Shown piece after piece: positions 48,593 to 59,051 of a stretch of DNA of 64,000 nucleotides (position 1 is its first letter; every line of letters starts with the position of its first letter). The stretch is taken from assembly GCA_024614665.1 (NCBI GenBank), contig GCA_024614665.1_4861.1, one strand, 5' to 3'. The notes under the pieces are model-generated. The model was not told where the DNA came from. It worked only from the letters and a program-made list of their open reading frames with translations, and ran no database searches. The position numbers and the translations under genes were made by a program. The DNA comes from a phage.

Positions 48593-51500
48593 ATGGCAAA
48601 AAGAGGCAAAGACGGTTTCGATGATATCGACTTAGATAGACTCGATGACTGGGATGATTTCGGTGAACCACCCCGTCCCAAAGACGAGAAAAAACGAAGC
48701 CCGATACTTAGTACCCTGAATGTTGCCAGGAAGTCGGCGTTGTCAACTATCTGGCCAGAAGGGAAACGCGACCAAGTTATCCTCAAGGGGATGCCTAAGC
48801 CGGCAGCTGATGCATACGAGGGCTATCAGTCAGCGGCAGCTGCAGCAAAGGATATTTACGCCCATACGAAAGGGGAGCTTGAGAAGACCGAGCGCACGCT
48901 GAAGATGCAAGCGCGCCAACTCGGTCCGACGATGAAGAAATACTTGCCTGATGCGGTTACTAAGCGCATCGACAAGTGGTCAAAATCTGACCAGTTGGAT
49001 TACCAAAATTACGATCCTAATCAGGCGTTGATGGATCGTGAACTGGGCGACGTTTTCTCAGGTGTGCCAAAGGACGCCGAAGAACAACGTCAGCTGCAGG
49101 ACAGCATGGTAGAGGATAAGCTCCGCGACAGCATCAAAGAGATGCGTGCGGATGCAATGCACCAAACCATGATTGGGATGGCGAAAGACATTAACCTGCT
49201 AACCGGGTTAAGCCGCGGGGTATTCTTAAACATCGAGCGTAAGAAACTCGAACTGCAATACCGTACCCTGTTTGCCATCCAAGACATCGTGAAGATGAAG
49301 CAGTCGGAGTTCGATCGTAATACGCCTGCTTTAGAAGCCATCGTGAAGAACACGGCATTGCCGGATTACGCGAAGGAAGATTTCTCAGAAGTCCGTTGGG
49401 CGAACGTTAAACGCCAGGCTGCGGAATGGATGAACCCGTTGCGGTATGCTGACGGGTTTATGGACATGATTCGCGAAAATACCAAGAAGAAAATTTCTGG
49501 TATATTTGGCGAAGGTCGCGGTTTGTTAGAATCTGTTCTCGGCATGGGCGTTGAAGATGATTTCGGCATGAGCGACAGCTCTTCGTTGACTGCTGAACGT
49601 CGCAAAACAAATGCTCGCGATAAAGCAACTGCATGGGGTAGCGGATTCCTTGCGAAGAAACTACTCGGTCCACAAATCGAGAAACTCCAGAAATGGACTC
49701 GCGAGGAGATGGAGAAAAATCCAGAGGTCATGAAACGCCTGCAGAAGGGCGCGTTCACCTTTGGTAATCTTTCCTCCATCTCGAACTCAGCCATCGCAGG
49801 CGAAACGCAAGGACCGTTGGCGGATTTGTTCCGGGTGCTGAATGAACTCGGTATTGTCCAACCGTTAAACCGTGAGAAAGCCTTCCTTGACGAACGTAAT
49901 GGCGAAACGTTAAGCCGTTCGGCGAAATTTGACCGTAAAGCATATCTTAGCCTGGTTGAAGTTATTCCTGCCTGGCTGGCAGAGATTAACAAATCTGTTC
50001 GTCGGGGTTATGGCGAACATGCCGACCTGGAATACGACATCACTAGTCGTGGGTTCGTAGACCGTAAAGTGGTCGGTAACCGCGTACGCAAGGCGGTTGC
50101 AAACGATGAACAACGCCTGCGTCTCCAAAATTCCATTAACAGCACTGTGGATTTTGTTGACCGCGGCAAAACGCTCTCGCAGAAGGATCGACAGCATCTC
50201 GCCGACTATATCGAGTCGCGAGCCTCGCAGGGCCGCGCATTCGACGTAGAAGCGATTCTGAAAGACCCGATGCATCTTCATCGGTATATGCCAGGAAACT
50301 CCGCAGAACGCATTAAGGAAGCCTTACAGGGGCATTCTGATAGCCTAACCGGTGGTAGTAACGAATTAAGTAACGAACTGGCTCGTAAAATCTCCACAGT
50401 ACAATCGTCTATCACCCAGCGTCAGGCAGTTATTGACGAAGCGGTGAACATTTACGGCGAACGTGCGCTGCGTGATGCAGGTATATTCAACTACGACGCA
50501 AAGAGTGACACCTTCGGCGTAGATAAAGACCTCTCCGATCCCTACACCTTGTTTAATGACTTGGCGATGGGTAAGACACGCAGTGGTCGTGCACTGACTC
50601 GTGACCAGGAGATTCAACGTAAACTGCAAAACGGTTCAGCGTTAGGCGACTACTTGCGCCGGATGAACCAAGGGGCAAATGGTGGTGTCGATGACACGTC
50701 GTTGCCGCCGGCTTTACGTGGCGGTGGTAAAGGCCGCGGAATGTCGCCTCGGCAGTTAGCCGCAGTTCTCTACGGTGAAACCTCGACTAACTTTGTTGAA
50801 TTGTTGAGTCAACGTAACCGCGGCGAAGAAGCACCACGGAATAACTTTGACGGCATCATCGAAGCGATTCGGGGTAATAACAACAGTGACACCCTCCAGA
50901 AAATTCTGGAACACGTCAGAAGTATGGACGAAGAAGGGGTTCTCCTGGCTTCGTTAGCAGGGGGTGCTGGTTCTGGTGACGAAGAGATGGGACCACCTCG
51001 TCCTGGTGGTGGTAGCGGTGGCGGTAAACGCCGCCGTATTATCATCGGTGAGGATGGGCTTATTCGTCGTTGGGGCGGTGTGTTGTTCGACACTGCAGCA
51101 GGAATCGGTGGCTTTGCAAAACGTGGTGTTAAAGGTGCCTGGAATAAACTGAATCAGTTCGGTGGCTGGGCACGCGGTAAAATCGCAGGGATGGGCGGCG
51201 GAGAAGGTCCTGGTTTCTTAACCCGGATGCGTGGCCTTATCAGCGGTAGTGTCCGTGGGGGCTTTGAAGCGGTAAGTTCCTTCGGTAAAGGACTACTGGG
51301 TATCCGCGACATTTACGATGACCACGGTAATGTTGTTCTGCAAGGTGCACGTCTGGAAGCTGGAGAATACTACCAGGTCATTGATGGTAAAATGGTTCAG
51401 CTGAAAACGCTGGACGACATCAAACTGGGGAGTGATATTGTTGACTCCGCAGGTAATCTGGTATTAGCAGCCGCTGACTTAGCCGCTGCGGGTAAACTCC

Positions 51501-54500
51501 GCTACTATAAAGGCGGGAAAATCCAAGCACTGACCCAAGGTCTGGCCAGTAAGATTGGCTTAGGCTTTAATAAAGTGGCTAAGCTACCGAAACGGTTCCT
51601 GGATTTCCTGTCGCCAAAAGCGGGCAGCATCGTTGGTAAGATTAAGGACTGGCTGAACGAGATTCCGGAAGGCGAAGAAAAGACACGTCTCCAGAAAGCG
51701 TTCAACCGCGTAACGAGCTTACCGGGTAAAGTGCTCGGTTTTGCGAAACGTGGTGTCGACCGTCTGAAAGACATGATTACCGACAACCCACTGACGCGTT
51801 GGTGGAAAGGCCGTAAAGATGGTGGGGGAGGTGGTTTCAGTCTCTTCTCATCGACCGGCAAGAAAACCAACCACATTCTTATCCGTATCTACAAACTGTT
51901 GAACCAACGTTTACCGGGTGATCCGGAAGACGAAAGTTGGACAGAAGAAATGGAGAAGGGTGTCGGTGGCGGTGGTAGTACGATCGGCCGTGCAGTTCGC
52001 GGGGCGTATAATCGTGCGAAAGCGTCATTGTCTGAACGTTTTGGTGGACGTTGGTCAAGAACAAAAGCGTTCTTTGGTCGTGGACGTGACCGCCTGCGTG
52101 GTTGGTTCAGTGGTTTCCGAGGCCGGGCTGGGGATATGCTCGATGGATATCGTGGAGCACGACACGACATTGCTACACGTTACGAAGTTGAACGTCGGTT
52201 GGCTGGACGTGATGATGATGTTGCTGAGTTTTATCGCAGTCATTTGAACGCGAAAGGTGGCCTTTCTGGCCGTAAAGTCTACGGTGATGCGAAGGAAGAC
52301 CTTGAGACCGCCCGTGATGCAGCAGGGAGAGTTATTAACAAAGGGAAGAATGCTGCCAAGTCTGCAGGTGCAAGATTGTTTGAACGCTTGGACCGAATGA
52401 TTGGCTTGCAAGAGATGTCGTGGTTTAACACCATGCGCGAATCAGTATCCCGTGCAGGTGGTGACGATGGCATTATTCGTACCATGTTTGCGAAGTTCGG
52501 TAAACGTAACAAGCCGCCTGAAGGTGATGAAAAACGCGACTACTTTAACTTCTTCAAACGTTGGCGTGAGAAACGTAAGGAGAAGAAAGAGAAAGCGCAG
52601 GGCTCCAAAGGGAAATCTGGCGGTCTGTGGGATATGGTGAAAGGCTTACCTATCATCGGTCCCATCGTCAGTATCTTGGGAACTGTGGGTAATATACTCG
52701 GTTCTATCACGAAATGGGGTGTGTTAAAACCCGTAGGCCTTTTAGGGAAGGCTGCGTGGAATGTTGGTAAGTTCGCAGTAACCCGCTTGGCGGCACCCGC
52801 GGTGTCCGCTGTGGCAACTGCGGCATCTGCCGTCGTGACCGCGGTGGGTTGGCCGGCAATTCTCATCGGTGGTGCGATCGCCGCGGCAGGTTACGCCGCG
52901 TACAAAATCGCAACGACTACCTATACCCAGTACCTGGATAAGATGCGTTTAGCTCAGTACGGTTTCCGTGATTACGATAAGTGGTCGTCGGACGACGGGG
53001 CGAAAGCGCGTTACTTAGAAGACGCATTGCGTGAGTATGTGTCTTACGCGGAAGATGGCCAAGCCAGTCTCCGTGGGCTAAGTGGAAAAGACGTTCAGAA
53101 GTTAGCTGAAGGATTCGGTATCAACGTTGAGGAAAAAGGCGAGATGTTGGCCTTCCAAGCGTTTATGCTTCAGCGCTTCATTCCGATTTATCTCCGTTGG
53201 ATTACGGCACTGAAATCAATGCCGAACAGTATCCAGTTGGCTGACGTCGGCGATGCGAAGAAAGTATCGAAAGAGGACATGCAGACACTCTTCAACAAAA
53301 TGAAGATGACTAAGGATGCAAAAGCGTTCTCTTCGTTAACTGACCCACGCAAAGTCAACCAAGGTTTCTTCTCGAAAGCTTGGGACGTTGTAACCTTTAC
53401 ACCGAAGGAGTTTTTGAGCGGTGAAGAGGTTATGGAAGTGCAGAATGAAGTCGAGCGTGCGATCAAGTTCAGAATGGACGATAAGAAAGCACGTAAGTAC
53501 GGAATGGCACCGGCCGTGGAGGGGATTAAATCCGCTGGCGTTGATGAAGCTATCAACAAACTCGGACAGCTGGATAACGAACGTAACAAAAATCTGGCGA
53601 AGGTAGAAGGTTGGGAAGACGGAACAGAGCAGGTTCAGATTCAGGTAGACTGGAATGCGGTGCTCGACCAGAAAGACATGAATGCGATGGAGTCGGTACG
53701 TTGGAAGACTTATGGTTTTACCACCATCGATAACGCCACTCGCACCATGATCACGGTATTCGAGAAGAACGTCATTAAGGACATTGACGTGAAAACCGCA
53801 AGCTACAAAGGAGATTGGAAGAAAGCAATCGCCTCGATGGTTCCAGACGCTATCGGTACACCGAAAGAAGATCGTTTGAAACGGTGGTTCTTTGACCGTT
53901 TCTTACCGGTATTCATGACGTATTTGGTTGGGGTGAAGCGTTACCTGCCAACAGCCGATCCGCTGAACTTGAAACTGACCGGCGGCTACCTGTACGAAAT
54001 CAGTCTGATGATGTCAACAGCCTACAGCTTGAAAGGCGGTATAAGACAGTCGGTGTGGGAAGTGAATATCAACCCATTAGGGGGTGAGGCTAACACGAAC
54101 CCATCGTCCATCAAAGCCGAACTGGAAACGCTGAAGCTGCTGTCAAAAGAAGCTGACCTTGCCGTGCGTAACATGATCAAAGCCATTAAAAATAATGGCA
54201 AGCGTGCACGCTGGAAGGATCGTAACAAGAACCGCAGTTCTCTGGAAGTCACCGGTGAAGATGATGAAGACTCGAACATCAGTTCGGGAGATTCTTTGTC
54301 ATCCGACGGTGCTCGCGCCTCAGGTTATATCCCAACGGGTACAAGCGGTGGCGTACCGGGTAACTTAGGCCAAGTCGTCGATGCGGTTGGTGGTGTGCGG
54401 AACTACGCTGCAATGACCACGGGTTCGTCTTCGATTAACCTGAGTGATGTGAAAGACGGTGATTATAAGTCACTGGCTGAAAAATACCCGATAGAAATGT

Positions 54501-55714
54501 TGGGTAGAAAGGGTGCGTTGAACGTTCCAAATATCAAAGCACTGATTACCGATGCAGCGAACATGATGGGCGTGCCACCTGCAGTGGCGTTAGCAATGGC
54601 TAAGGCGGAGTCTGGATTTAACTACACCGCTAAAAACCCGTATGCTTCGGCGTCTGGGTTGTTCCAGTTTGTTAACGGTACGTGGGACGGGATGATGAAG
54701 GGGTATTCGCGGAAGTTCGGTATTCCGCGTGTTAACCAGATGGACCCGTGGGCGAATGCTATATTGGGTGTACAGTTCATTCGTGACAACATCCAACAAG
54801 CACAACGTGACCTGGGTGGTAAAGCACCACCTCCAGCCGTGGCTTATTTGTATCACTTCCTGGGTGCAGGCGGCGGTAAGAAATTCCTGGAAGCATGGAA
54901 GCGTAATCCGAATATGGCGGCATCAAGTGCTCCTGGGATTACATCTGCAATACTGAGAGGGAATGCCAACGTCTTCTACAGCAACGGTCGTATACGTAGC
55001 GTAGACGGGGTTATTCAGGAACTGAACCGCCGCATGGGCGCAATTTCCGCCAACGAAGTCGCTGCCGATCCGAGTAAGACGAAGGATATGGTTGCAGGCT
55101 TGTCGCCTAATTCACCAACCAACCCGGCAGCAGCAATGGGTGCACCGGCCGCTAATGATCCGAGTCTGTCGCCAGCAGATAACCTGCCGGCAGATAATGC
55201 TAATCGTCGTGATGACGCATTGACGCAGAAAGGGGCCATGGCGGCACAAGATGCAATGGCTACCGCCGCAGGTAATGTAGGACCAGCAGCACCTACACCA
55301 ACTACAGGTGGTTCCGGAACATCCGATGCCTCAACAACAGCCGAAACCGTAGCGTCGCAAGCTGCAGCAGAAGGATTGTCTGCAACGGATGTTGCTAAAG
55401 TGAAAGCAGGCGCGGAAGCGCAGGTTAACGCAGCAGCTCGTCCAGTTGCCGCTCCAACTTCTGATGCTACAGCATCGACGCCAACGCTGAATGGTGACCC
55501 GATAGATGTTCAGCAGCTCAAGGTACTGATTCAGTCTCGCGATTACTTGAAAGAGATTCGTGATATTTTGAAATCAAATCCGAGAGCAGCAAACGACACG
55601 CGTGGTGGTAGTATCCAGCAAGCGGCAAATGTGGCTCCTCCGGGCTCAGCTGCACGCAGGCAGGAAATAACCCAACCGACACCGTCGTTAAACGTAAGTC
55701 GGAAAGCAAGCTAA
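48593..55714 (+). CDS. giant virion-associated protein (2373 aa) with lytic transglycosylase domain
   Basis: SLT-type motif AMAKAESGFNYTAKNPYASASGLFQFVNGTWDGM at about 54560..54900; multiple Gly-rich linkers, Arg/Gly-rich segment, long hydrophobic segment, Ala/Pro/Thr-rich C-terminus; AGGAG-like RBS. Confidence 0.7.
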   Translation: MAKRGKDGFDDIDLDRLDDWDDFGEPPRPKDEKKRSPILSTLNVARKSALSTIWPEGKRDQVILKGMPKPAADAYEGYQSAAAAAKDIYAHTKGELEKTERTLKMQARQLGPTMKKYLPDAVTKRIDKWSKSDQLDYQNYDPNQALMDRELGDVFSGVPKDAEEQRQLQDSMVEDKLRDSIKEMRADAMHQTMIGMAKDINLLTGLSRGVFLNIERKKLELQYRTLFAIQDIVKMKQSEFDRNTPALEAIVKNTALPDYAKEDFSEVRWANVKRQAAEWMNPLRYADGFMDMIRENTKKKISGIFGEGRGLLESVLGMGVEDDFGMSDSSSLTAERRKTNARDKATAWGSGFLAKKLLGPQIEKLQKWTREEMEKNPEVMKRLQKGAFTFGNLSSISNSAIAGETQGPLADLFRVLNELGIVQPLNREKAFLDERNGETLSRSAKFDRKAYLSLVEVIPAWLAEINKSVRRGYGEHADLEYDITSRGFVDRKVVGNRVRKAVANDEQRLRLQNSINSTVDFVDRGKTLSQKDRQHLADYIESRASQGRAFDVEAILKDPMHLHRYMPGNSAERIKEALQGHSDSLTGGSNELSNELARKISTVQSSITQRQAVIDEAVNIYGERALRDAGIFNYDAKSDTFGVDKDLSDPYTLFNDLAMGKTRSGRALTRDQEIQRKLQNGSALGDYLRRMNQGANGGVDDTSLPPALRGGGKGRGMSPRQLAAVLYGETSTNFVELLSQRNRGEEAPRNNFDGIIEAIRGNNNSDTLQKILEHVRSMDEEGVLLASLAGGAGSGDEEMGPPRPGGGSGGGKRRRIIIGEDGLIRRWGGVLFDTAAGIGGFAKRGVKGAWNKLNQFGGWARGKIAGMGGGEGPGFLTRMRGLISGSVRGGFEAVSSFGKGLLGIRDIYDDHGNVVLQGARLEAGEYYQVIDGKMVQLKTLDDIKLGSDIVDSAGNLVLAAADLAAAGKLRYYKGGKIQALTQGLASKIGLGFNKVAKLPKRFLDFLSPKAGSIVGKIKDWLNEIPEGEEKTRLQKAFNRVTSLPGKVLGFAKRGVDRLKDMITDNPLTRWWKGRKDGGGGGFSLFSSTGKKTNHILIRIYKLLNQRLPGDPEDESWTEEMEKGVGGGGSTIGRAVRGAYNRAKASLSERFGGRWSRTKAFFGRGRDRLRGWFSGFRGRAGDMLDGYRGARHDIATRYEVERRLAGRDDDVAEFYRSHLNAKGGLSGRKVYGDAKEDLETARDAAGRVINKGKNAAKSAGARLFERLDRMIGLQEMSWFNTMRESVSRAGGDDGIIRTMFAKFGKRNKPPEGDEKRDYFNFFKRWREKRKEKKEKAQGSKGKSGGLWDMVKGLPIIGPIVSILGTVGNILGSITKWGVLKPVGLLGKAAWNVGKFAVTRLAAPAVSAVATAASAVVTAVGWPAILIGGAIAAAGYAAYKIATTTYTQYLDKMRLAQYGFRDYDKWSSDDGAKARYLEDALREYVSYAEDGQASLRGLSGKDVQKLAEGFGINVEEKGEMLAFQAFMLQRFIPIYLRWITALKSMPNSIQLADVGDAKKVSKEDMQTLFNKMKMTKDAKAFSSLTDPRKVNQGFFSKAWDVVTFTPKEFLSGEEVMEVQNEVERAIKFRMDDKKARKYGMAPAVEGIKSAGVDEAINKLGQLDNERNKNLAKVEGWEDGTEQVQIQVDWNAVLDQKDMNAMESVRWKTYGFTTIDNATRTMITVFEKNVIKDIDVKTASYKGDWKKAIASMVPDAIGTPKEDRLKRWFFDRFLPVFMTYLVGVKRYLPTADPLNLKLTGGYLYEISLMMSTAYSLKGGIRQSVWEVNINPLGGEANTNPSSIKAELETLKLLSKEADLAVRNMIKAIKNNGKRARWKDRNKNRSSLEVTGEDDEDSNISSGDSLSSDGARASGYIPTGTSGGVPGNLGQVVDAVGGVRNYAAMTTGSSSINLSDVKDGDYKSLAEKYPIEMLGRKGALNVPNIKALITDAANMMGVPPAVALAMAKAESGFNYTAKNPYASASGLFQFVNGTWDGMMKGYSRKFGIPRVNQMDPWANAILGVQFIRDNIQQAQRDLGGKAPPPAVAYLYHFLGAGGGKKFLEAWKRNPNMAASSAPGITSAILRGNANVFYSNGRIRSVDGVIQELNRRMGAISANEVAADPSKTKDMVAGLSPNSPTNPAAAMGAPAANDPSLSPADNLPADNANRRDDALTQKGAMAAQDAMATAAGNVGPAAPTPTTGGSGTSDASTTAETVASQAAAEGLSATDVAKVKAGAEAQVNAAARPVAAPTSDATASTPTLNGDPIDVQQLKVLIQSRDYLKEIRDILKSNPRAANDTRGGSIQQAANVAPPGSAARRQEITQPTPSLNVSRKAS

Positions 55715-55723
55715 TCGTAGGGG

Positions 55724-57985
55724 GTGGCAACACCCCCTAATCATCTTACAGAGAGGTTTTACGTGGAAGCAAGACAACTAAAAGATTCAGGATGGGTAAC
55801 CGGCCTGTTTGGCGGTACAACCGCACAACGCGATGAGCGTTTCCTGGGTTTGCGTCGTTACTCTAACGCGATGCTCTCGTTTGAAGATACCACGATGGGT
55901 GGTTCGCAAGCGTTAAATGCGCCGCCGCAGTTTACGATGTTTGCTGATCCGAGTTCAACAGGTGCCTTTGCACAACCTGATGCAGGTCGTGGTTCGTACT
56001 CAAAGTACGTTAAAGGTCAAGACCAACGTGGTTCCTATCGTCTAGGGACTTTCTATTACGAAGCTATTAACCAAAACAGTTTTTATCTTCATTGTCGTTT
56101 CGGTAAACCTCGATATATCGGGGTCGCTGCATTCTTCGCGAATATGTACGATTCCAACCTAGCGTATCTGGCACGCACAGGTGATTACCCAGGTATGTTA
56201 CGTGCGATGGGGACGTATGTTGCCGCCGCAGCAATATGGGCCGCAGTAGGTACGGTTGCCTTTGCGGTTATTCTGATTACGCCACGTATGTTGAAGATGG
56301 TGCTGAACAAGCAGACTTCTCGCTACTACTACGTGAAACCGACAATGCACTTGTATCTGCGCGCTGTGCAGAATATGGTCAACACCCAGTTAGTTTATCG
56401 TCGATTAGTACCAACGGGTGTGTTAGGGACTTTCCAGCTTGCTAATGCTGTAGATGGGTCTGAGAAAGGCGGTACTGCTAATAAGTACAACGGCGACCGT
56501 AAAGAGTGGTACTCCATGCTGCCAGAAATCTGGACAGCTGATGGTGAGTTCGATATCTATCGAATGATTAACCGCTACCAAACTTTGGCCAACTACCAGG
56601 CGAAAACCATCGATAAGATTCGTAAAGAGTCGAGTAACGAAGAGGACATGGCTCGCCGTTTGCGAAACTTCTATCTGGAAGCGACGTACTCAACAACCCA
56701 TTTGGAAAAAGCTGCGCAGTACGAGGTTTCTTTACGTAACCTTGAATACGTAGCCAAAGCTGGTAAAGGGTACGATGCTGGTTTTGAAAACGTCGACAAC
56801 AAAGAAGACGAACTGGTAGCAGGGATGAATGGAAGCATTCAGGATGCTCAGTCACAAGGAGGTAAAGCTGAAAACTTCGAAAACGAAGGTGACGTGCAAC
56901 GTAAAGAGCTTGCCGATCGCATGGCGCAGGTTGAAAAGAACCAGGCTCAGGTTGCTAAAAGTCAGACTGAAGCAAACTCGATGGATGAGAACAATCTCGA
57001 CATTGGGAAAATTGAAAACTGGATGGACCAAGGTCAGAAAGAATCTGTCGGTAGCGTCTTTAAAGACTATATCGATATTTTAGATGGCGCTATGGATGGC
57101 CTAACTTCGAACATCGCTTCGGAGATACGTAACGGTTCGCAATGGATTACTTGGCGTGTTGATGGGCGCGATACCGTAGGGCGTTCGTTCTCCAACACCA
57201 CCAAAGAACCTGAAATCTCTGGCACGGTTAACTCCGCCACGCAGAAAGCACGTTCTTTGGAAGTAAACCTCTCCGGTGGTAAGACTGGTTTCGACGCAGT
57301 CGATGGTCTCATTACTGGGCTGAAGTCCGCCTTTACAGGCGCACTCGATTTCTTACATTTATCAGGGATTATGTCACTGTACAACTCGTCGGTGATTGAC
57401 TTCCCGGAAGTGTGGGACTCCTCAGACACCTCAGGTGACGATATCTCGCTAAGTATTCCCCTTCGCTGTTGGTCGGGTAATGACTTAGATGTGTTTCAGG
57501 ATCTGATTGTCCCGTTGTCGTTCTGGTTAGCGGCAGTTTGTCCGTTAGCAACCGGTAAACAATCGTTTACACACCCGTTCTATCTGGAGTGCTATTCTCG
57601 CGGTCGTTATTCCATGCGTAATGCCATGGTAACTAACCTGAGTCTCCAGTTCGGTACAGGTGGTTTAGGTTGGCGTGCTGACGGTCTGCCGTTGTCGTGT
57701 GATATACAGGTAACTATTCGTGACCTGTCGCGTGTTATGTACATGCCGATTGTAACTGATATTGGTGTGTTTGATGATGATAACAAGTTCAGTGAATTTA
57801 TGTCTGTGTTGGGCGCTGCCACACTTTACGAGCGTACCAACGGCATCGCGCAGGCTAAAATCAATGCGTCTATCTGGGCGCAGAACTGGGCAAGTGCTTG
57901 GTCGCAGGGTAGCATCGTCAACGCCGCCTTAGATATCATACCAGCCCGACAAATCGCGAACATTTTCCTACCACAAGCGCGTTAA
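55724..57985 (+). CDS. hypothetical protein (753 aa), likely virion-associated, with one hydrophobic segment
   Basis: ORF track; 9-nt spacing after the giant gene; hydrophobic stretch AAAAIWAAVGTVAFAVILI. Confidence 0.55.
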   Translation: MATPPNHLTERFYVEARQLKDSGWVTGLFGGTTAQRDERFLGLRRYSNAMLSFEDTTMGGSQALNAPPQFTMFADPSSTGAFAQPDAGRGSYSKYVKGQDQRGSYRLGTFYYEAINQNSFYLHCRFGKPRYIGVAAFFANMYDSNLAYLARTGDYPGMLRAMGTYVAAAAIWAAVGTVAFAVILITPRMLKMVLNKQTSRYYYVKPTMHLYLRAVQNMVNTQLVYRRLVPTGVLGTFQLANAVDGSEKGGTANKYNGDRKEWYSMLPEIWTADGEFDIYRMINRYQTLANYQAKTIDKIRKESSNEEDMARRLRNFYLEATYSTTHLEKAAQYEVSLRNLEYVAKAGKGYDAGFENVDNKEDELVAGMNGSIQDAQSQGGKAENFENEGDVQRKELADRMAQVEKNQAQVAKSQTEANSMDENNLDIGKIENWMDQGQKESVGSVFKDYIDILDGAMDGLTSNIASEIRNGSQWITWRVDGRDTVGRSFSNTTKEPEISGTVNSATQKARSLEVNLSGGKTGFDAVDGLITGLKSAFTGALDFLHLSGIMSLYNSSVIDFPEVWDSSDTSGDDISLSIPLRCWSGNDLDVFQDLIVPLSFWLAAVCPLATGKQSFTHPFYLECYSRGRYSMRNAMVTNLSLQFGTGGLGWRADGLPLSCDIQVTIRDLSRVMYMPIVTDIGVFDDDNKFSEFMSVLGAATLYERTNGIAQAKINASIWAQNWASAWSQGSIVNAALDIIPARQIANIFLPQAR

Positions 57986-58007
57986 TATACCATAGAGGTA
58001 GTGCGTT

Positions 58008-58559
58008 ATGAGTTTATTTGGAAAGACCGCAAAAGAGCTGGTTTACGATCTCATCGTGTCTCAGAATCCTGGACTGACTGGTAAGGGCGTGACCATCGAT
58101 AAATTGTCGTTCGGTAACCCGGCACACATCACCGCAGCCGATCCTGACCCAGAGCAATACACCAGACTGAACACCAACCTTGATGTTTCTGGTATCATTG
58201 AGAAGGGTACGTTCGGTAAGATGGGTCTTACTTATCGACGATTGGACGTAGCACATTTGTTTGAGAACGTCGTGTTGTCTGTCGATGGCACCGGCGTGTC
58301 GACCGCTGCCGATCTTGTTCCCTTGCTGCGAACCAAATACAATTGGTTAATCGACGCAACCGAGATTTACGCGACAGAATCAATGACTTCCCCCACGAAA
58401 CACAATCTGCGTTTCAATGGAAAGTCGCTGGCGTGGACAGGTACGGTTGAGGTTTATTTGACCGAAGTTCCGAGCGATGGTGTCGATATCAGTAAACTGA
58501 TTACCGTTACTGAGTTGAACGGTTTGGTTTATGACGTTTCCGACATGGCTCAAGCGTAA
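58008..58559 (+). CDS. hypothetical protein (183 aa)
   Basis: ORF track; followed by terminator. Confidence 0.5.
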   Translation: MSLFGKTAKELVYDLIVSQNPGLTGKGVTIDKLSFGNPAHITAADPDPEQYTRLNTNLDVSGIIEKGTFGKMGLTYRRLDVAHLFENVVLSVDGTGVSTAADLVPLLRTKYNWLIDATEIYATESMTSPTKHNLRFNGKSLAWTGTVEVYLTEVPSDGVDISKLITVTELNGLVYDVSDMAQA

Positions 58560-58616
58560 CAAAAAAATAAGTAATGCGAGTACCCCTAACGGGGTACTCG
58601 TTTGCTTTTATTTTTA
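58560..58616. terminator. bidirectional rho-independent terminator
   Basis: Hairpin GAGTACCCC-TAAC-GGGGTACTC (58578..58599) with A-run upstream and T-run downstream; between convergent genes. Confidence 0.7.
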
Positions 58617-59051
58617 GCGTTCGATAATCACTTTTACGATATCTTCTACCGGAGGGTAATACCACAACACCACACTGTTTCGTCCCAAGTCTTTTGGAAA
58701 CGTTTGGCAATATGCAATGTCGGTGCCGAAGCGCTCAGAGAGCTTTAAAACGTTCTCTGGGAACTGACAACCACCACGCCAGTCGTGCGTATAGAGTACC
58801 TGCTGTAATAATTTCACATTAGCATCGAAGAAGTACAGATTTTCTACCGGCGCAATGTGAGGTACCGGAATTGGTGTGTCGGTGAGTACGAACTCCAAAC
58901 CACCGCATTGTTCTGAACGCTCCGCTAGGAATTTCAGATGCCATGGCATTAGACCGTGGTCTTCCCAGACGATATTGTTGACCAGTAAACGATCAACGTA
59001 TTCGTCGTAATCAACCGTGAACAGTTTCTTCGCCATCGGTAAACGCCTCAT
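58614..59051 (-). CDS. hypothetical protein (145 aa)
   Basis: ORF track; start uncertain (overlaps upstream gene by 41 nt). Confidence 0.45.
   Translation of the reverse strand: MRRLPMAKKLFTVDYDEYVDRLLVNNIVWEDHGLMPWHLKFLAERSEQCGGLEFVLTDTPIPVPHIAPVENLYFFDANVKLLQQVLYTHDWRGGCQFPENVLKLSERFGTDIAYCQTFPKDLGRNSVVLWYYPPVEDIVKVIIER

Noticed and set aside
49090-55733. Numerous minus-strand ORFs of 60-200 aa inside 48593..55714
   Set aside because: All antisense to the continuous 2373-aa reading frame, which has the motif support
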